Source: Obrimoposthia wandeli
Lineage: Eukaryota
NCBI GenBank assembly: GCA_977020255.1
Contig: CDROCS010003796.1
Span: 186,001-250,000, forward strand
Length of the DNA: 64,000 nucleotides
Direction: 5' to 3'
Shown here: positions 1-12,417 of the stretch, piece after piece
Layout of the letters: every line of letters starts with the position of its first letter
Position numbering within the stretch: the stretch's first letter is position 1
Notes under the pieces: generated by a model
Database searches by the model: none
The model's input: only the letters and a program-made list of their open reading frames with translations
What the model was told of the DNA's origin: nothing
Translations under genes and position numbers: made by a program

Positions 1-72
1 TGTGGAGCTAACTTTGTTATGTGCTGGATGTCTGCACGAACAAGGTTATTATAAATGGAGAGAAATTGAAAG

Positions 73-1655
73 AGATGGAGGGAGGTGGACGAAGGTGGAC
101 GGAGATAGAGAGAGATGGACGGAGGTGGAGAGAGGTAGAGGGAAATATAGGAAGATGAAGGGAGATGGAGGGAGGTGGAGGAAGATGGAGGGAGATGGAT
201 AGATATGGAGGGAGATGGAGGGAGATGAATGGAGATGGGGGAGATGGAGGGAGATGCAGGGAGATGGACAGAGATAGAGGGAGATGGAGGGAGGTAGAGG
301 GAGATGGAGGGAGGTGGAGGGAGATGGAGGGAGGTGGAGGGAGATGGATAGATATGGAGGGAGGTGGAGGGAGATGGATAGAGGTAGAGGGAGATGGAGG
401 GAAATGGAGGGAGATGGAGGGAGATGGAGGGAGATAGAGGGAGATAGAGGGAGATGGAGATAGATGGAGGGAGGTGGAGGGAGATGGATAGATATGGAGG
501 GAGGTGGAGGGAGGTGGAGGGAGATGAAGGGAGATGGAGGGAGGTGGAGGGAGATGGAGGGAGATGGAGGGAGATGGAGGGAGATGGAGGGAGATGGAGG
601 GAGATGGAGGGAGGTGGAGGGAGGTGGAGGGAGGTGGAGGGAGGTGGAGGGAGATGGATAGATATGGAGGGAGGTGGAGGGAGATGGATAGAGGTAGAGG
701 GAGATGGAGGGAGGTGGAGGGAGATGGAGGGAGATGGAGGGAGATGGAGGGAGATGGAGGGAGATGGAGGGAGATGGAGGGAGATGGAGGGAGATGGAGG
801 GAGATGGAGGGAGATAGAGGGAGATGGAGGTAGATGTAGGGAGGTGGAGGGAGATGGATAGATATGGAGGGAGGTGGAGGGAAGTGGAGGGAGATGGGGG
901 AGGTGAAGGGAGATGAATGGAGATGGAGGGAGATGAATGGAGATGGGGGAGATGGATAGATATGGAGGGAGGTGGAGGGAGATGGATAGAGGTAGAGGGA
1001 GATGGAAGGAAATGGAGGGAGATGGAGGGAGATAGAGGGAGATGGAGGTAGATGGATGGAGGTGGAGGGAGATGGAGGAAGAAGAAGGGAGATAGGGGAG
1101 GTGAAGGGGATATGGAGGGAGGTGGAGGGAGATGGGGGAGATGGAGGGAGATGAATGGAGATGGGGGAGATGGAGGGAGATGGAGGGAGATGGAGGGAGA
1201 TGGAGGGAGATGGAGGGAGATGGAGGGAGATAGAGGGAGATGGAGGTAGATGTAGGGAGGTGGAGGGAGATGGATAGATATGGAGGGAGGTGGAGGGAAG
1301 TGGAGGGAGAGGGGGGAGGTGAAGGGAGATGAATGGAGATGGAGGGAGGTAGAGGGAGATGGAGGGAGGTGGAGGGAGATGGGGGAGATGGAGGGAGATG
1401 AATGGAGATGGGGGAGATGGATAGATATGGAGGGAGGTGGAGGGAGATGGATAGAGGTAGAGGGAGATGGAAGGAAATGGAGGGAGATGGAGGGAGATGG
1501 GGGAGGTGAAGGGAGATGAATGGAGATGGAGGGAGGTAGAGGGAGATGGGGGAGATGGAGGGAGATGAATGGAGATGGGGGAGATGGATAGATATGGAGG
1601 GAGGTGGAGGGAGATGGAGGTAGATGGATGGAGGTGGAGGGAGATGGAGAAAGAT
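73..1655. repeat. Purine-rich tandem array, ~10-bp unit GGAGGGAGAT and variants
   Basis: Periodicity is directly visible; all ORFs here are repeat translations. Confidence 0.97.
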
Positions 1656-1849
1656 GATGAGTGAATTTAAATAAGCAAACAACTGAAAGTTGAGGCTGGT
1701 AATGCCCTCGAATTTGATTTAAAGGAAATATTTATTTCAACAGTTACAGACTACAATAAGAATGTACGAAGTCGATTGATTTGTAAAGTATAAATGCTTA
1801 CGCGACATGACTTTCGCCCTCAAAAATGCCTTCGGCGAATATCATGGCG

Positions 1850-2110
1850 CACTTGATAATTGTTTCTGGATGAGAAAGTTGAGGTTAACAATCAGAGGTT
1901 AGTTTTCAGAGTAAGGGAGTCGTTCGTGGCCACAATGCACTGTTACCAGGATAGGTTTTATTGAGCAACTGTTCAGTCAATTTTGAGGGAAATAATGTTC
2001 ATTTCCTGCCAGGTATCACTGACCTTACTCAAATGGCAGATTAAAAGTGTGATCACAATTTTTAAGTTACGTTGAGAATTTTCGAATACAATACTGCCAA
2101 TATGGAGAAA
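1850..2110 (+). pseudogene. Degenerate pogo/Tigger DDE transposase fragment
   Basis: VHFLPGITDLTQMAD*KCDHNF resembles the pogo FLPPNTTSxLQPMDQGVIxNF motif; stops present. Confidence 0.4.
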
Positions 2111-2204
2111 CCCACCCAGTTATTGCTCAAGGTCGAAATGGAGTCTGAACTCCATTTGTGAATGCTTATTTTCTCTTCCCATATCGCCATCCAAGGCACA
2201 ATTA

Positions 2205-2530
2205 TATCCCTTGATTCTGTCTCAACTCACAGGACCTCGGACCGATGCTAGCCCATGCAGTGACCGAACCAGCAGCCGACTATGATTGAGAGCACTCGGG
2301 AATGTATCATATCACTGACCCAGTCCTCAATTATCTCCCTTGATTCTGTCTCAACTCACAGGACCTCGGACCGATGCTAGCCCGTGTAGTGACCAAACCA
2401 GCAGCCGACTATGATTGAGAGCACTCGGGAATGTATCATATCACTGACCCAGTCCTCAATTATCTCCCTTGATTCTGTCTCAACTCACAGGACCTCGGAC
2501 CGATGCTAGCCCATGCAGTGACCGAACCAG
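2205..2530. repeat. 129-bp tandem repeat, ~2.5 copies
   Basis: CTCAACTCACAGGACCTCGG recurs at 2221, 2350 and 2479. Confidence 0.93.
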
Positions 2531-3147
2531 TCATCAACCCACAGAAGATGTCAACACCTACATTCGATATCACCTTACACACATTTCATTTCACCACGTC
2601 ACGAGGAAAATTATAGCTAATCTGCAATGAACTCAAAATATTTCAATATTCTTCCAACCAATTTCCGATTTTTCTGGAAATACTCATTTCGTCAATCTGC
2701 TCTTTTATTTTTCAGACACAGTGATGAAATGTTTTGGAGAGTAGACTGTCATGGATTGTTCAATGTGGAAAAATAACAATAATATTATGAATGTTTATTG
2801 ACACTGAAGAACTGTCTGTGTCACTTTAAAGGATAACAACACTCGAAGATGTAGTGTAATCTGGTCTAATCTAAGCTCCCGATGAAGCTGGGCAGTAGAG
2901 TGGTTGAAAAACCAAAACTTTATAATTCGATTTCACTCCCTCGATTTTCTTGTTCCATATGTATATATTAGTCTTTGTGCAAAATTTCAAGTCCCTAGGA
3001 CATTGGGAACCACTCCCCCAATTTTGCAAAATATAATTTTTTTTTGATATTTTAAATTATTTTACTAAAGTTGTGAAAGTGTATGTGTAATCAAAAAATA
3101 TTTCATAAAATCATAAAAGCAGAATAGAAAAATATGTAATCTATATT

Positions 3148-4711
3148 TCAGTGTGTCAACACAACCTGCAGCAGATACTGGTGCTGCTCTTCGTCATGTG
3201 TAATCACTGAAATGTACTGGCTGATCAGCGCCACATCCCGTTCAGCACAACCGTTGACAATCTTTAGTTGAGGTGCGGTAGCCATACACCTTTGGTAGAT
3301 TGGATTGGCAGACCAATCTGATGGATCCTCTTCTAGGATGTCATGTGCATCTTCTGGGTTTTCTAATAGCAGCCGGAGCAGTGCTAATGACTGTGATGTC
3401 ACGAAATTCTCTAATGTTGCAACAACCAAATTGTTGATGTTACCCAAGCAATGTAGTCTGCCTTTCGGGTTCGGAGCACGATGTATATTGCCAATCATTG
3501 ATCTCTTCAGTTCCAAAGTGACACCATCATCAAAGAGGGCTAGACAAATTAAGTCCTCTGACAGATACCATAGATGCCTGGAAAATAGCAAGTGCTTTTT
3601 GTGCGACTTGCTGATTGGGATAAACATTCAGCATGTCCACCATTAATAAGTCATTTGCTGGAGCCTTTGGAGCCATCATTGCTTCATTCCAAAATTTAAC
3701 GTACAGAGTGGGGACGAAAATGCAAAGTTCTGTGATGCCACCAAACTCTTGATCAGTAAGTTGAAACTGCTTGCGAAAGAGAAAAATCTTTATTGCGTAA
3801 ATTGCTTTGGACTTCCATCGAGCATTACTCATTGACCCCGGGGCCCTGAAACTAACATCACCACCACCTTCAGAACCACGGATGAAGAAGAGGGATAAAT
3901 GAAAAATCTCTTTGTAATCCTCTCGTGGGTGATCTCCATTTGCTAATACTTCCTGTAAGTATGGGATCATGGCCACTGTGTGATCTTTGTATTCGCATCC
4001 ATGCCTCTTCCGGTGTATGGTTTGAAAATTGTTCACGTCCAGATGAATCCATTGCCTTTGGAACTTCTTGAAGACGGCTATGTCTGGCCCAGTGCTGGCT
4101 CCAAGTGTGGCCTTGGGCACTTCTCCTAACACTAGTTTCAACATATGGTGGCGGCATGCAAATCAAATCAATTCTTTGTTCAATTTCTTTTCAATAAGAA
4201 TACATGCAACTTTGGTTAGTCCTGTATTTTAGGAGGTCGTGTCAAAGCAAAACGCCTGAATATTGTTCTCAAGGCTCCAATCATTGATTGCTTTGATACA
4301 AGCCGCAGCCTGTTGATTTTAGGAACCGCTAGTAATTAGTAACTGCCACCTTCAGATACTAATATGGATATTCGATCCACTTTTGACATGTGTTGACAGA
4401 AGTCCGGTAATAACTTATCATCCCAATGAAGGGTCATAGGTGTTGCTTGTTTGGCATTCGAGAAATTCACCTTGATTTTAGCACTTTTCTCCATTCTGTG
4501 CATCATTCTCGCATCACGGACTGAATTCCTAGAAAGTGTGACCCTGTCCAAATCAACACCCACGGACTGCACTGCAGCCTCCAGGACAAATGTAGTACTC
4601 CTATCACTCAGGTCTACTCGATCGAGTGAACCAGAGACCTCACGTGAGGGGACAGATATCTTCAATTTTGGATTTGTTCCAGATTTTCGCTTTAATCGAG
4701 AATGCGGTGCA
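3148..4711 (-). pseudogene. hATm-type transposase, frameshifted and 5'-truncated by a Polinton insertion
   Basis: Motifs LHWDDKLL, CFDTTS*NTG, FACRHHM, PREDYKE, ARWKSKAIYAIKI, LWYLSEDL and NGCAER spread over three frames. Confidence 0.85.
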
Positions 4712-5206
4712 AGTAGGTAGATGTGGCCCTTCTGGAACAAAGCCCCCGTCCTGAGGACAAGTTAAGGTCGCGATGAGGACAAAATGTAGACCCACGAGGG
4801 GTCTTTCTCCTGAAAGACACATATCAAGTAGGGTGATGTGCGTCTTTCAGGACAAAAACATTATGAGTCATACGCCCCCCTCCTAGGGGTAGGAGGACAA
4901 GTTAAGGTAATGATGAGATCCTGTCCTCATGAGGTCAAGATCATTTAAGATCATGGTGAGGTCAAAACGATGACTCGTCCTATGACTCATATTCTATTTT
5001 TAGTAACATATTTTAAAACTATATATATTTTTTATCTAAAGATTGTATTAACATGCGGTCTTCACCAAAAATACATTTCCTGTGTGTGTATATAACAAAG
5101 ACAGTCACGTACTACATTTATTCTTATACATGTATGCATGTGTGTGTGTGTAACAAAGACAGTCACATACTGCATCTACATTGCAAAAACTTGCAACTTT
5201 ATGTAA

Positions 5207-5523
5207 TTACAAACTCTTTGGAGATTTTAGTAAAAACTTTTACGTAGATATGTACTAGGATCCTTTTCAATTGCACTTACAACTTTATGTAATCCTACAA
5301 AAATATCAAGTATACCATTCCCTTTTTGTATACCTGCAATATAATCCATATTCTTTTTCAATTTTATAGCATTTGTATTAACTCCACCAAACTATCTACC
5401 TCAAAGATTTCCTATTATAAAAGGAATACCCCCCTTCCTGATTTTATTTTTACCCATAGTCTTTTTTACCTTAGTCATTTTTTTGAATTTTAATGATTTA
5501 GTAGGATTTATAGTCATTTTCAT
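5207..5523 (-). pseudogene. Homolog of the Lys-rich Polinton ORF at 35875-36234
   Basis: Reverse complement reads MKMTINPTKSLKFKK...GIQKGNGILDIF...EKDPS, collinear with the 35875 ORF; stops present. Confidence 0.8.
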
Positions 5524-5589
5524 AATAAATATTATTAAATAGTACTATTTTTTACATATAAAAATAATACAAATAAAGAAACAAAGTAC

Positions 5590-6920
5590 AAGTCGAGCTC
5601 ATCCAGGATCCGGAGATGTACCGTCTCTTCCACTCCGGGATTCGCGGAGGCATGACCTTCGTGAATGAACGCAAGATGGACACCATCAACGGTACTGAAC
5701 TTTTGTATATAAATGTGAATAACTTGTACGGGTGGGCAATGTCCTAGTTTTTACCTTGTGGTAACATTTCCTGGGTAACTGATCGGTTAGAGTTGGGGAA
5801 TATTATTTCCAATTTAAAAGCAGCAGATTTATCCTGTTGTCGCTTCACTCATTTATTGGATATAGATTTATCCATTCCCAATGAGATACATAATAAATTT
5901 GACGATCTTCCTCTTGCTCCAATTAAACAGTGTCCACCAGGGTGTAAGAATGAAACATTATTACTAACACATTACCCTAAGAATCATTATGTTATGCATT
6001 CTAAATTGCTACAAATGTACATTTGACTTGGTGCTAAGGTAGATTTTTTATACAGAGCAATACAGTTTGAACAAACTAATGTTTTTTCAAAATATATTGA
6101 GGATAATTCTCTCAAAAGAGCTGCGGCTACAACAGATTTCGAGCGAGATTATTACAAACTGAAGGTGAATTCTTTATTTGGAAATCTCATTTAGAATCTG
6201 ATAAAAATAATTAACCTTCGGATTTGTAATACTCCACAGAAGCTGGTTACCTATTGCATTAAACACCACTTTCGTAGGACAATCGAAATCGATACGGATA
6301 TAATTGCAGTTATACAGGATAAGAAAAAAATTGTTTTGGATCGTATTAGTTATATAGGCCAGACAGTATTAGATTTAAGCAAACTTCGTATGTATGAGCT
6401 ACAATATGAGCAGTTGGAGAAATATCAAGCTTAATTTAACTGTGACATTAGAATTATAGTGGGTGACACTGATAGTTTTTTCTTGAAGTGTAATAATGTA
6501 AATGTTCAAGAAACATTGTTACCTGCTATGATTAGACTATTGGTTACCTTGAAATTTCCAAATGCCCATCCGCTTTATACAACGCTTAATACAGTAATTA
6601 TTCACCTATAAGGGGTCCCACCTATAAGGGTGTCCGGTCACTGAAAATTTCACGCTTCACCTATAATAGTATCTTTCCAAGCTTTTAAATAATGCATCTA
6701 TAAGTGATTCGGTGTCGGTTTCTCTCAAAAACATGTTTTAATGAATACCCTTACAGGTGAATAATTACTGTACAGCGAGTGGTAAATTTAAAGATGAGAG
6801 CAAGGAATTTTTTAGCCATTTTTTAAGGGATTTTTCTACGTCCAAAATCATATAGCTTAGAGACTACAGAAGGTGAGTCTCCGAAGGTATTAGTCTCCGA
6901 AAGACAAGTATTAGACATTT
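5590..6920 (+). pseudogene. polB: pPolB C-terminal half, second copy
   Basis: ELIQDPEMYRLF, NVNNLYGW, YYKLKVNSLFG and VGDTDS; closely similar to 18621-19780. Confidence 0.92.
6592..6770. mobile_element. 179-bp MITE of the pogo element at 24635-27914, TA TSD
   Basis: TIRs CAGTAATTATTCACCTATAAGGG / CCCTTACAGGTGAATAATTACTG. Removing it restores polB TLNTASGKFKDES. Confidence 0.93.
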
Positions 6921-8479
6921 TGTCCCAAGCTTGTTCTAGATGTGCTCTGTAGCAAAGTCGATAAGCCAGCATCCGGAGTCTGAACGCAGCTTTCTAGCCA
7001 TCAGTTATATTTAAACCTTGTCAACCATACAATATGCAGGGCATTTATAACAAACTATTTCAATAAATTAATGATTTAAACCAATGATTTAAAAATGAGC
7101 TTTTATATCTTGCAAAATTGGGGGAGTGGTTCCCAATGTCCTAGGGACTTGAAATTTGCACACAGACTAATATATACATATGGAACAAGAAAATCGAGGG
7201 AGTGAAGCTGATTTCTAAAGTTTTGGTTTATGCATATAGTTTTTAACCACTCTACTGGGCAGTTTTCACATTACCATTGTCAAGAGGCTTCTATAATATG
7301 GGAACATTTATTGAATAATTTTAAAATATTGTCTGAATGACCTTTTTTATTTTTCGAATATAAAAATCATTTAAATTATCTTTAACATTTGTAATGTAAG
7401 TCACAGTTGGAACCGGTCAGCATAACAATTTTTTATATTGCTTAATGTACTACTTTTATTTATAAGTAATATATTTAGGTAATTTCAGTTTGACCTTATT
7501 TATACTATTTATTAAGGCCAAATGTTGTAGACAATTGATTGCTGAGTTAAACTGTCTTTATCTCTCAGCACTTGAAACTAAAATGATGAAAATGTGCTTG
7601 GAGATTTATTTTCTTAATTAACCAACCGATACCGGTGGCCAGTAGCAAATCTCCAGCGAGAGAGCACCCAATCAACTTGTGCGCATGACTAAATTCACAT
7701 CCGAGCCCAGGTTAGAAACAGTAGGTGGTTTTAGGCAGTAGCATGATTGGAAATGAACAAACAAAAAGTACCGTTGTTTGTGGCGAACAAAAGATCCACT
7801 CCTGGCTGAATGGAAAACATAAAAAAGGTTAAAGGGGCCAAATTAGCACAATTTCAGTTGCCATAATGTGTATATGCATGATGAGTCACTGATAGGGAAA
7901 AAACTTCATTTCCATACTGAAGCTTTATTTTATCTGTTTTGTTTATTGTGAATACAAAAAAGGCAAATTAAATTTACTCAACATGACCACCTCCTTCAAC
8001 AGAAACACAGATTCACATGTCTGCTTCTTAGTAGTCCCTCTTCGCGTCAATCGGATCATTGGCTGTTTGTACTCTCTTGGGGACGACCCCATCTTCAATT
8101 CATATTTCTCCAATCGAGAAGGCTTCTGATATAGCGACTCCAATGAGGAGGAGCTCCATCTTGCTGACGACAATTGTAACTCTCTATAATAGTCTGGTAA
8201 CTCTTCAATGTGTAGTATCAACTCGTCTTTTGAAATAACTTAGTGAGCAGCAGTTTAAAATTGTTTGCCTGTAAGTGACTCGTAATTTAGTCATTTGTCA
8301 GATATATTAAATCCTGTGAGCATCGAGATTGATCTAGCAGATTCATATTCACTGATCTACATTAAGTGTTTGTAAATAAAAGTATAATATATAATGTCTG
8401 TCAACGTTTTCTCATTTCTGATATAGGAATCTAAAATTAATAAAAGCTTATTTTGTCAAAATCCTAGTATATATATAGC

Positions 8480-8850
8480 GAGATCGTGGATGGAATTGTC
8501 CTGTTGTCATTGACGAGATGTGGAGCTCAGTGATACAAAGGAGTATATGATATAACAAATGGATCCGAGTATTATTGGCACAACACACTCCATGGTAGTG
8601 AAGTTCCTTCGGTGGTAGTGTAATGGGAGATTTGATGAAGGGGCCTGGAACCTTCAATCGATTTTGCCACAGGGGGAAATTGGATATATTAGCCATATAG
8701 TGCACATCCATACAGCGAGTTCTTCTAAAGTGTCTACAAACAAATATTAAAACAGTTATGGGCTGGCCTATATGTAGCCCCAGCTTTAATCCATTAAAGA
8801 ATTTTGGGGATATATATGCTAAGTTGGAAGTGGGTCTTAGTTTTCCCAAA
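8480..8850 (+). pseudogene. Tc1/mariner transposase relic
   Basis: FGGSVMG (GGGSVMVWG-like) and WPICSPSFNPLKNF (WPxxSPDLNPIENxW-like). Confidence 0.6.
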
Positions 8851-9238
8851 TTCACTACAACTCTAATACAATATAAACGCCCAGTACGTTAGGAAGTTAT
8901 TCAAACAGAGGTCATACATAAATTATTCCTTGTTTGTTATCAATATCAGTGTGTATTTATGTTGTAGTATAAAACCTGACGTTTACAATTATTGGTGAAG
9001 GCAAGCGCAGTCCCAGTTCTACAAAAGTAGATTTTTGAGTAAATATACATCCCATTCGAATTTATGATAAGGATCTTGAAATTTTGGTTTCTTCAATTTG
9101 ATGACATCATTGGAGATATCTAATTGTTGAATAAAATCCATAGACAGTTTCTTGCTTCTTTTCATTTTGTATTTTCTCGTGTGAGATCTATATAAGGATA
9201 TATGAATAAAACATAATAAAACTCTCAAATTATAAAGC

Positions 9239-9312
9239 ACCCTAACCCCGACATAGCCCTAACCCTAACCATCGGTATAGCCCTAACCCTAACCCTAACC
9301 CTAACCCTAACC
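9239..9312. repeat. Short interstitial (CCCTAA)n telomere-type repeat
   Basis: About 8 CCCTAA units with two interruptions. Confidence 0.85.
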
Positions 9313-9705
9313 TTTTCAAGTCTCTTTACTCACATTTTGGCATAATATATTTTTAATGGTTTTATTACACTCCTGCTTGTTCGTGCGCATTTTTGAAATT
9401 CAACTCGTAGATTTATTATCCGATTAGGAAAGAATTGTATTTTTACTTTTGCACAAGTAGGTAGTTCTAACTGTAGTTTGGTATATCATCATTAGACTAT
9501 AGCTTTCACTATGCATCACAAACAAAGAACTGAGGAATTAAACTAAAATTATCATTAAATTACTTTACCTCTTTTTTCATGAATTGGGTCACTTGTCAAC
9601 GTAGATCTTAATGTATCATCGTGGAGTAGGCATAGTGCTGTCGTAATCTTAGACGAAAACAGAACTAATCAGCAAAGGTGCCAAGCAATATGGACATTAA
9701 AGTGG

Positions 9706-9777
9706 CTATGTGGCGGTGTCAGTTCTGCTTGATTTACTGATACTCCTATGTTCACTTTGCAACTGCTTATAAATATC
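9706..9777 (-). CDS. BBS2: Putative terminal exon of BBS2 (DIYKQLQSEH...*)
   Basis: AG acceptor at 9778-9779, phase-0 compatible; no homology recognised. Confidence 0.25.
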   Translation of the reverse strand, partial: DIYKQLQSEHRSISKSSRTDTAT

Positions 9778-10008
9778 CTAGAACCGCCCCGATGGGTTCG
9801 AATTTTAACAATCCGTCAGACAGATCCTCGGAGAAATTCGAATATTGTTCATTTTATATCCTGGGTCGGTGCCTAAATAGTGAATATGGGCAGCTAATAT
9901 TTCAGAAATTAAGGGCAAAATAGTAGATGAATGTGTGCCTTAATATTTTCCATTTCCTTTATCTCGAAACCCCTCCTTGTGGGTGTGACAAAAAGAAAGA
10001 GGCCTCAC

Positions 10009-10059
10009 CTTCTGCTCATCCACATTGATCTTCATGGAGAACTTCACTTCTGTGCTGCT
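10009..10059 (-). CDS. BBS2: Putative BBS2 exon (SSTEVKFSMKINVDEQK)
   Basis: Clean TTGCAG acceptor and GTGAGG donor, phase 0/0; homology weak. Confidence 0.4.
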
Positions 10060-10609
10060 CTGCAATGATTGAAAAAGGAATGTCAGCACGTTGTGGAGAT
10101 ACATTTAAAATTTGAAAATGCACCAAGAGACAATGGTGAAACGCGGGTAAAAATAGTTAAAAATATTTTATTCAAATATAGATTTCCTTTCTTTTAGGGG
10201 TAATAAAATGGTTACTCCAACCGAATAACTAGAGAGGATTTTTGTTCTATAATATGCATCATGGCTCCCGATCTTGTTCGCTTCGCCACACCAGATAAAG
10301 ATCCTCCATAGCACAGGAGGTACCCGCTGTTGTGGCTGTTGTGTGTTAGGGAATGAGTTGAGGGCGTTGCTGCAGCTCTTGGTGTAAAAGAGCCCTGGAA
10401 GACAAGTATCCGGAGCGCCTCGGGAAAGAGGAACCTCAGACAATGAGGAGCAGACAGAGCTTGATACATTCGCTTGAGCTGATGGCCTACTGCCGGCTCT
10501 TTGCCATTTGCATGGAGGGAGTTGTGTAGCAAAACGTACTAAGAGGTTCGAGTACGACATATGGTCCATGGCTGATCTTTGTCTGACACTCAAAAGCAAC
10601 AAATCTCAC

Positions 10610-10687
10610 CGGCACACTGAGTCCTGATGATTCATTGTTGTCGCCAGATGTGACATTGTCCAAGCTCTTGATGTCATTGGCCAAGTT
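10610..10687 (-). CDS. BBS2: BBS2 exon (NLANDIKSLDN...GLSVP)
   Basis: Follows QRKL as in BBS2 QKKQNLLLELRNYE; AG and GT sites present. Confidence 0.65.
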
Positions 10688-10909
10688 CTGCATTTAAGAA
10701 GACACTGTCAGCAATCTCTGAAAGAAAGAGAGAGATGAATGTGTGCAATCTCTGAAAGAGAGAGAGAGAAGTGCTAGAGAGGAGAAACATCAAATAGTTA
10801 AGATATCCCCGAACAAGTGTGTCACCGATACTCTGGAGTCTCGCTTGGTCTCAGAACAACGGTGCTGTCCTTGTGGCCGATGTGTCCGATAGTGTGAGAG
10901 GGGACTCAC

Positions 10910-10998
10910 CAGTTTGCGCTGGGTCAACTCGCAGACGAGATCCTGGCCTGCTGTGGGGTCCACCGAGACGCAACCGGATACTGGCTTGTAGATCCGCA
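10910..10998 (-). CDS. BBS2: BBS2 exon (VRIY...DPTAGQDLVCELTQRKL)
   Basis: Matches BBS2 IRGY...DTSAEQDLIRELSQKK; phase 1 in, phase 0 out. Confidence 0.85.
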
Positions 10999-11199
10999 CT
11001 GCAACGATGATTGGCTCACTTTTCGGTAGCATCATTCTAATTTTCAACATCAAACATTGCCTTCAAGGAATAAAACATATCATTTTACTAATGTTTAGAT
11101 ATGTATGTCAAGAAATCCACATGTACAATTGCAATATCCACATTTTAATGATTTAATTGCAGTTTCTGTGTTTTCAACGCACCCACATTCAATCGACTT

Positions 11200-11440
11200 G
11201 AAAAGAGTTTGAATAATGTTCCAGAATTATTTCTCAACATTTTATTTAGATTAATAACCCCCGTAATACATAAATGAGAAGCTCTTGCACCGAGGAACCA
11301 TGTAAATAGCGGCCAATGGACGGCTTCGGAAGTAGGAGCACGAATTCGCATGCTTGATGCAGACGTGTTGCCATCTCCGAACTTTGCTATGATGCTTCTT
11401 TTATTCTTGATAATGGTGATCAAAGTTGAGGTTTACTTTC
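11200..11440 (-). pseudogene. Tigger/CENP-B-type HTH transposase relic inside a BBS2 intron
   Basis: TIIKNKRSII...MRIRAPTSEAVHWPLFTWF...R resembles the Tigger psq/Tc5 HTH N-terminus. Confidence 0.6.
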
Positions 11441-11709
11441 TTGCTATGGGGACCAAGACATTTTACTCAGGTCATTCAGTGAGGTAAACATCGAACTTTA
11501 GAACTGAACTATCGTGTGTCAGAGTCCTGATACTTGTCAAAGAATCATATGTAAGGCAAGGCTTTGTTGTGATGGTTCTGTAAATGCAATTTATTTGCCT
11601 TTATCAACTTTGCCTTTCTGCAATTTATCCGCAAACATCTTAATTATTGTCTCAAAATTATATGTTACTGATAATAATAAGTAGTAAACAAGGCATATAA
11701 CAAACTCAC

Positions 11710-11767
11710 CTTCACCCTCAGTGGAACACACGAGAACCAGTTCAGTATTGTAGCTCGGATGAATTAC
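11710..11767 (-). CDS. BBS2: BBS2 exon (VIHPSYNTELVLVCSTEGE)
   Basis: Aligns with BBS2 LICCSVDGE; AG and GTGAG sites; phase consistent with the next exon. Confidence 0.8.
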
Positions 11768-12047
11768 CTGAATCGAGGTACAAGATAACATTAATAAATA
11801 CTATAATATATTTACAGTTTAACGTTTCGCAGTCAATATGACGAGATATTGTCTGGTTGATCTGTACTGCTAATTAATGACAGAGGGAATGACTAAATAT
11901 ATCATTTTAAATAATTAATTAGCGTATCCATTCTTTTCATTGACAGTCAATATCCGTGTCGTTAATTTACTACCTGACAATATCTGGTGAGATTGATTTG
12001 TATCGAACAAGAAAGAAAATCATAGAATCATGGATAACGAAATGTAC

Positions 12048-12125
12048 CTTTACAACACCAGCAATCGCCGATTTGAGTGTGTCCTTGAAGAGAATCTCTC
12101 CAGTGTCGAATTTGCGAATATCGAT
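12048..12125 (-). CDS. BBS2: BBS2 exon (IDIRKFDTGEILFKDTLKSAIAGVVK)
   Basis: Matches [25 protein letters not shown]. Confidence 0.9.
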
Positions 12126-12330
12126 CTGTATAAAAAAAATAGGATGGTCTCAGAAAAGATTGAATTGGGTGAAAACCCAAATAAAAGTTAATTATATTTG
12201 TTAATTCTATTTTAATGCGTCAGCTGCTTTCAGAAAGAGACCCCGGACCGCGTGCGATAATATGCGTCATCGTCTATTCTCCCTGGAGAAGAAGGGATTG
12301 CTGTAAATGGTGCAGAGTGTACTCACTGAC

Positions 12331-12417
12331 CTTGCCATTGCTCCATCCAGTGACCAGTTCGCAGACACCGTCTCCGTTCATGTCGAGCCCCATCAGACTG
12401 GTCGGGAATGACTTAGA
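12331..12417 (-). CDS. BBS2: BBS2 exon (SKSFPTSLMGLDMNGDGVCELVTGWSNGK)
   Basis: Matches DLNSDGVNELITGWSNGK. Confidence 0.92.

Larger units (their letters stand above)
4712..6920. mobile_element. Internally deleted Polinton copy nested in the hAT element: terminus + TIR, K-rich gene, polB 3' half
   Basis: Starts AGTAGGTAGATGTGGCCCTTCTGGAACAAAGCCCCC, the same terminus as 40404 and 51479/56744. 4800-5200 is homologous to 17520-18240. The far end was not found. Confidence 0.85.
2896..7254 (-). mobile_element. hAT-superfamily (hATm-like) DNA transposon with long imperfect TIRs and 8-bp TSD CTGGGCAG
   Basis: Starts TAGAGTGGTTGAAAAA at 2896 and ends TTTTTAACCACTCTA at 7254. About 150 bp of inverted repeat (2896-3040 vs 7107-7254). 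CTGGGCAG flanks both ends (2888-2895, 7255-7262). Confidence 0.92.

Noticed and set aside
2-1519. [10 protein letters not shown]-type ORFs
   Set aside because: Translations of a stop-poor 10-bp tandem repeat in all frames.
9239-9312. True telomere or chromosome fusion point
   Set aside because: Very short, interrupted and single orientation; such tracts are common in TE relics.
9790-9805. tRNA/SINE from a GGTTCGAAT B-box
   Set aside because: No A-box or cloverleaf.
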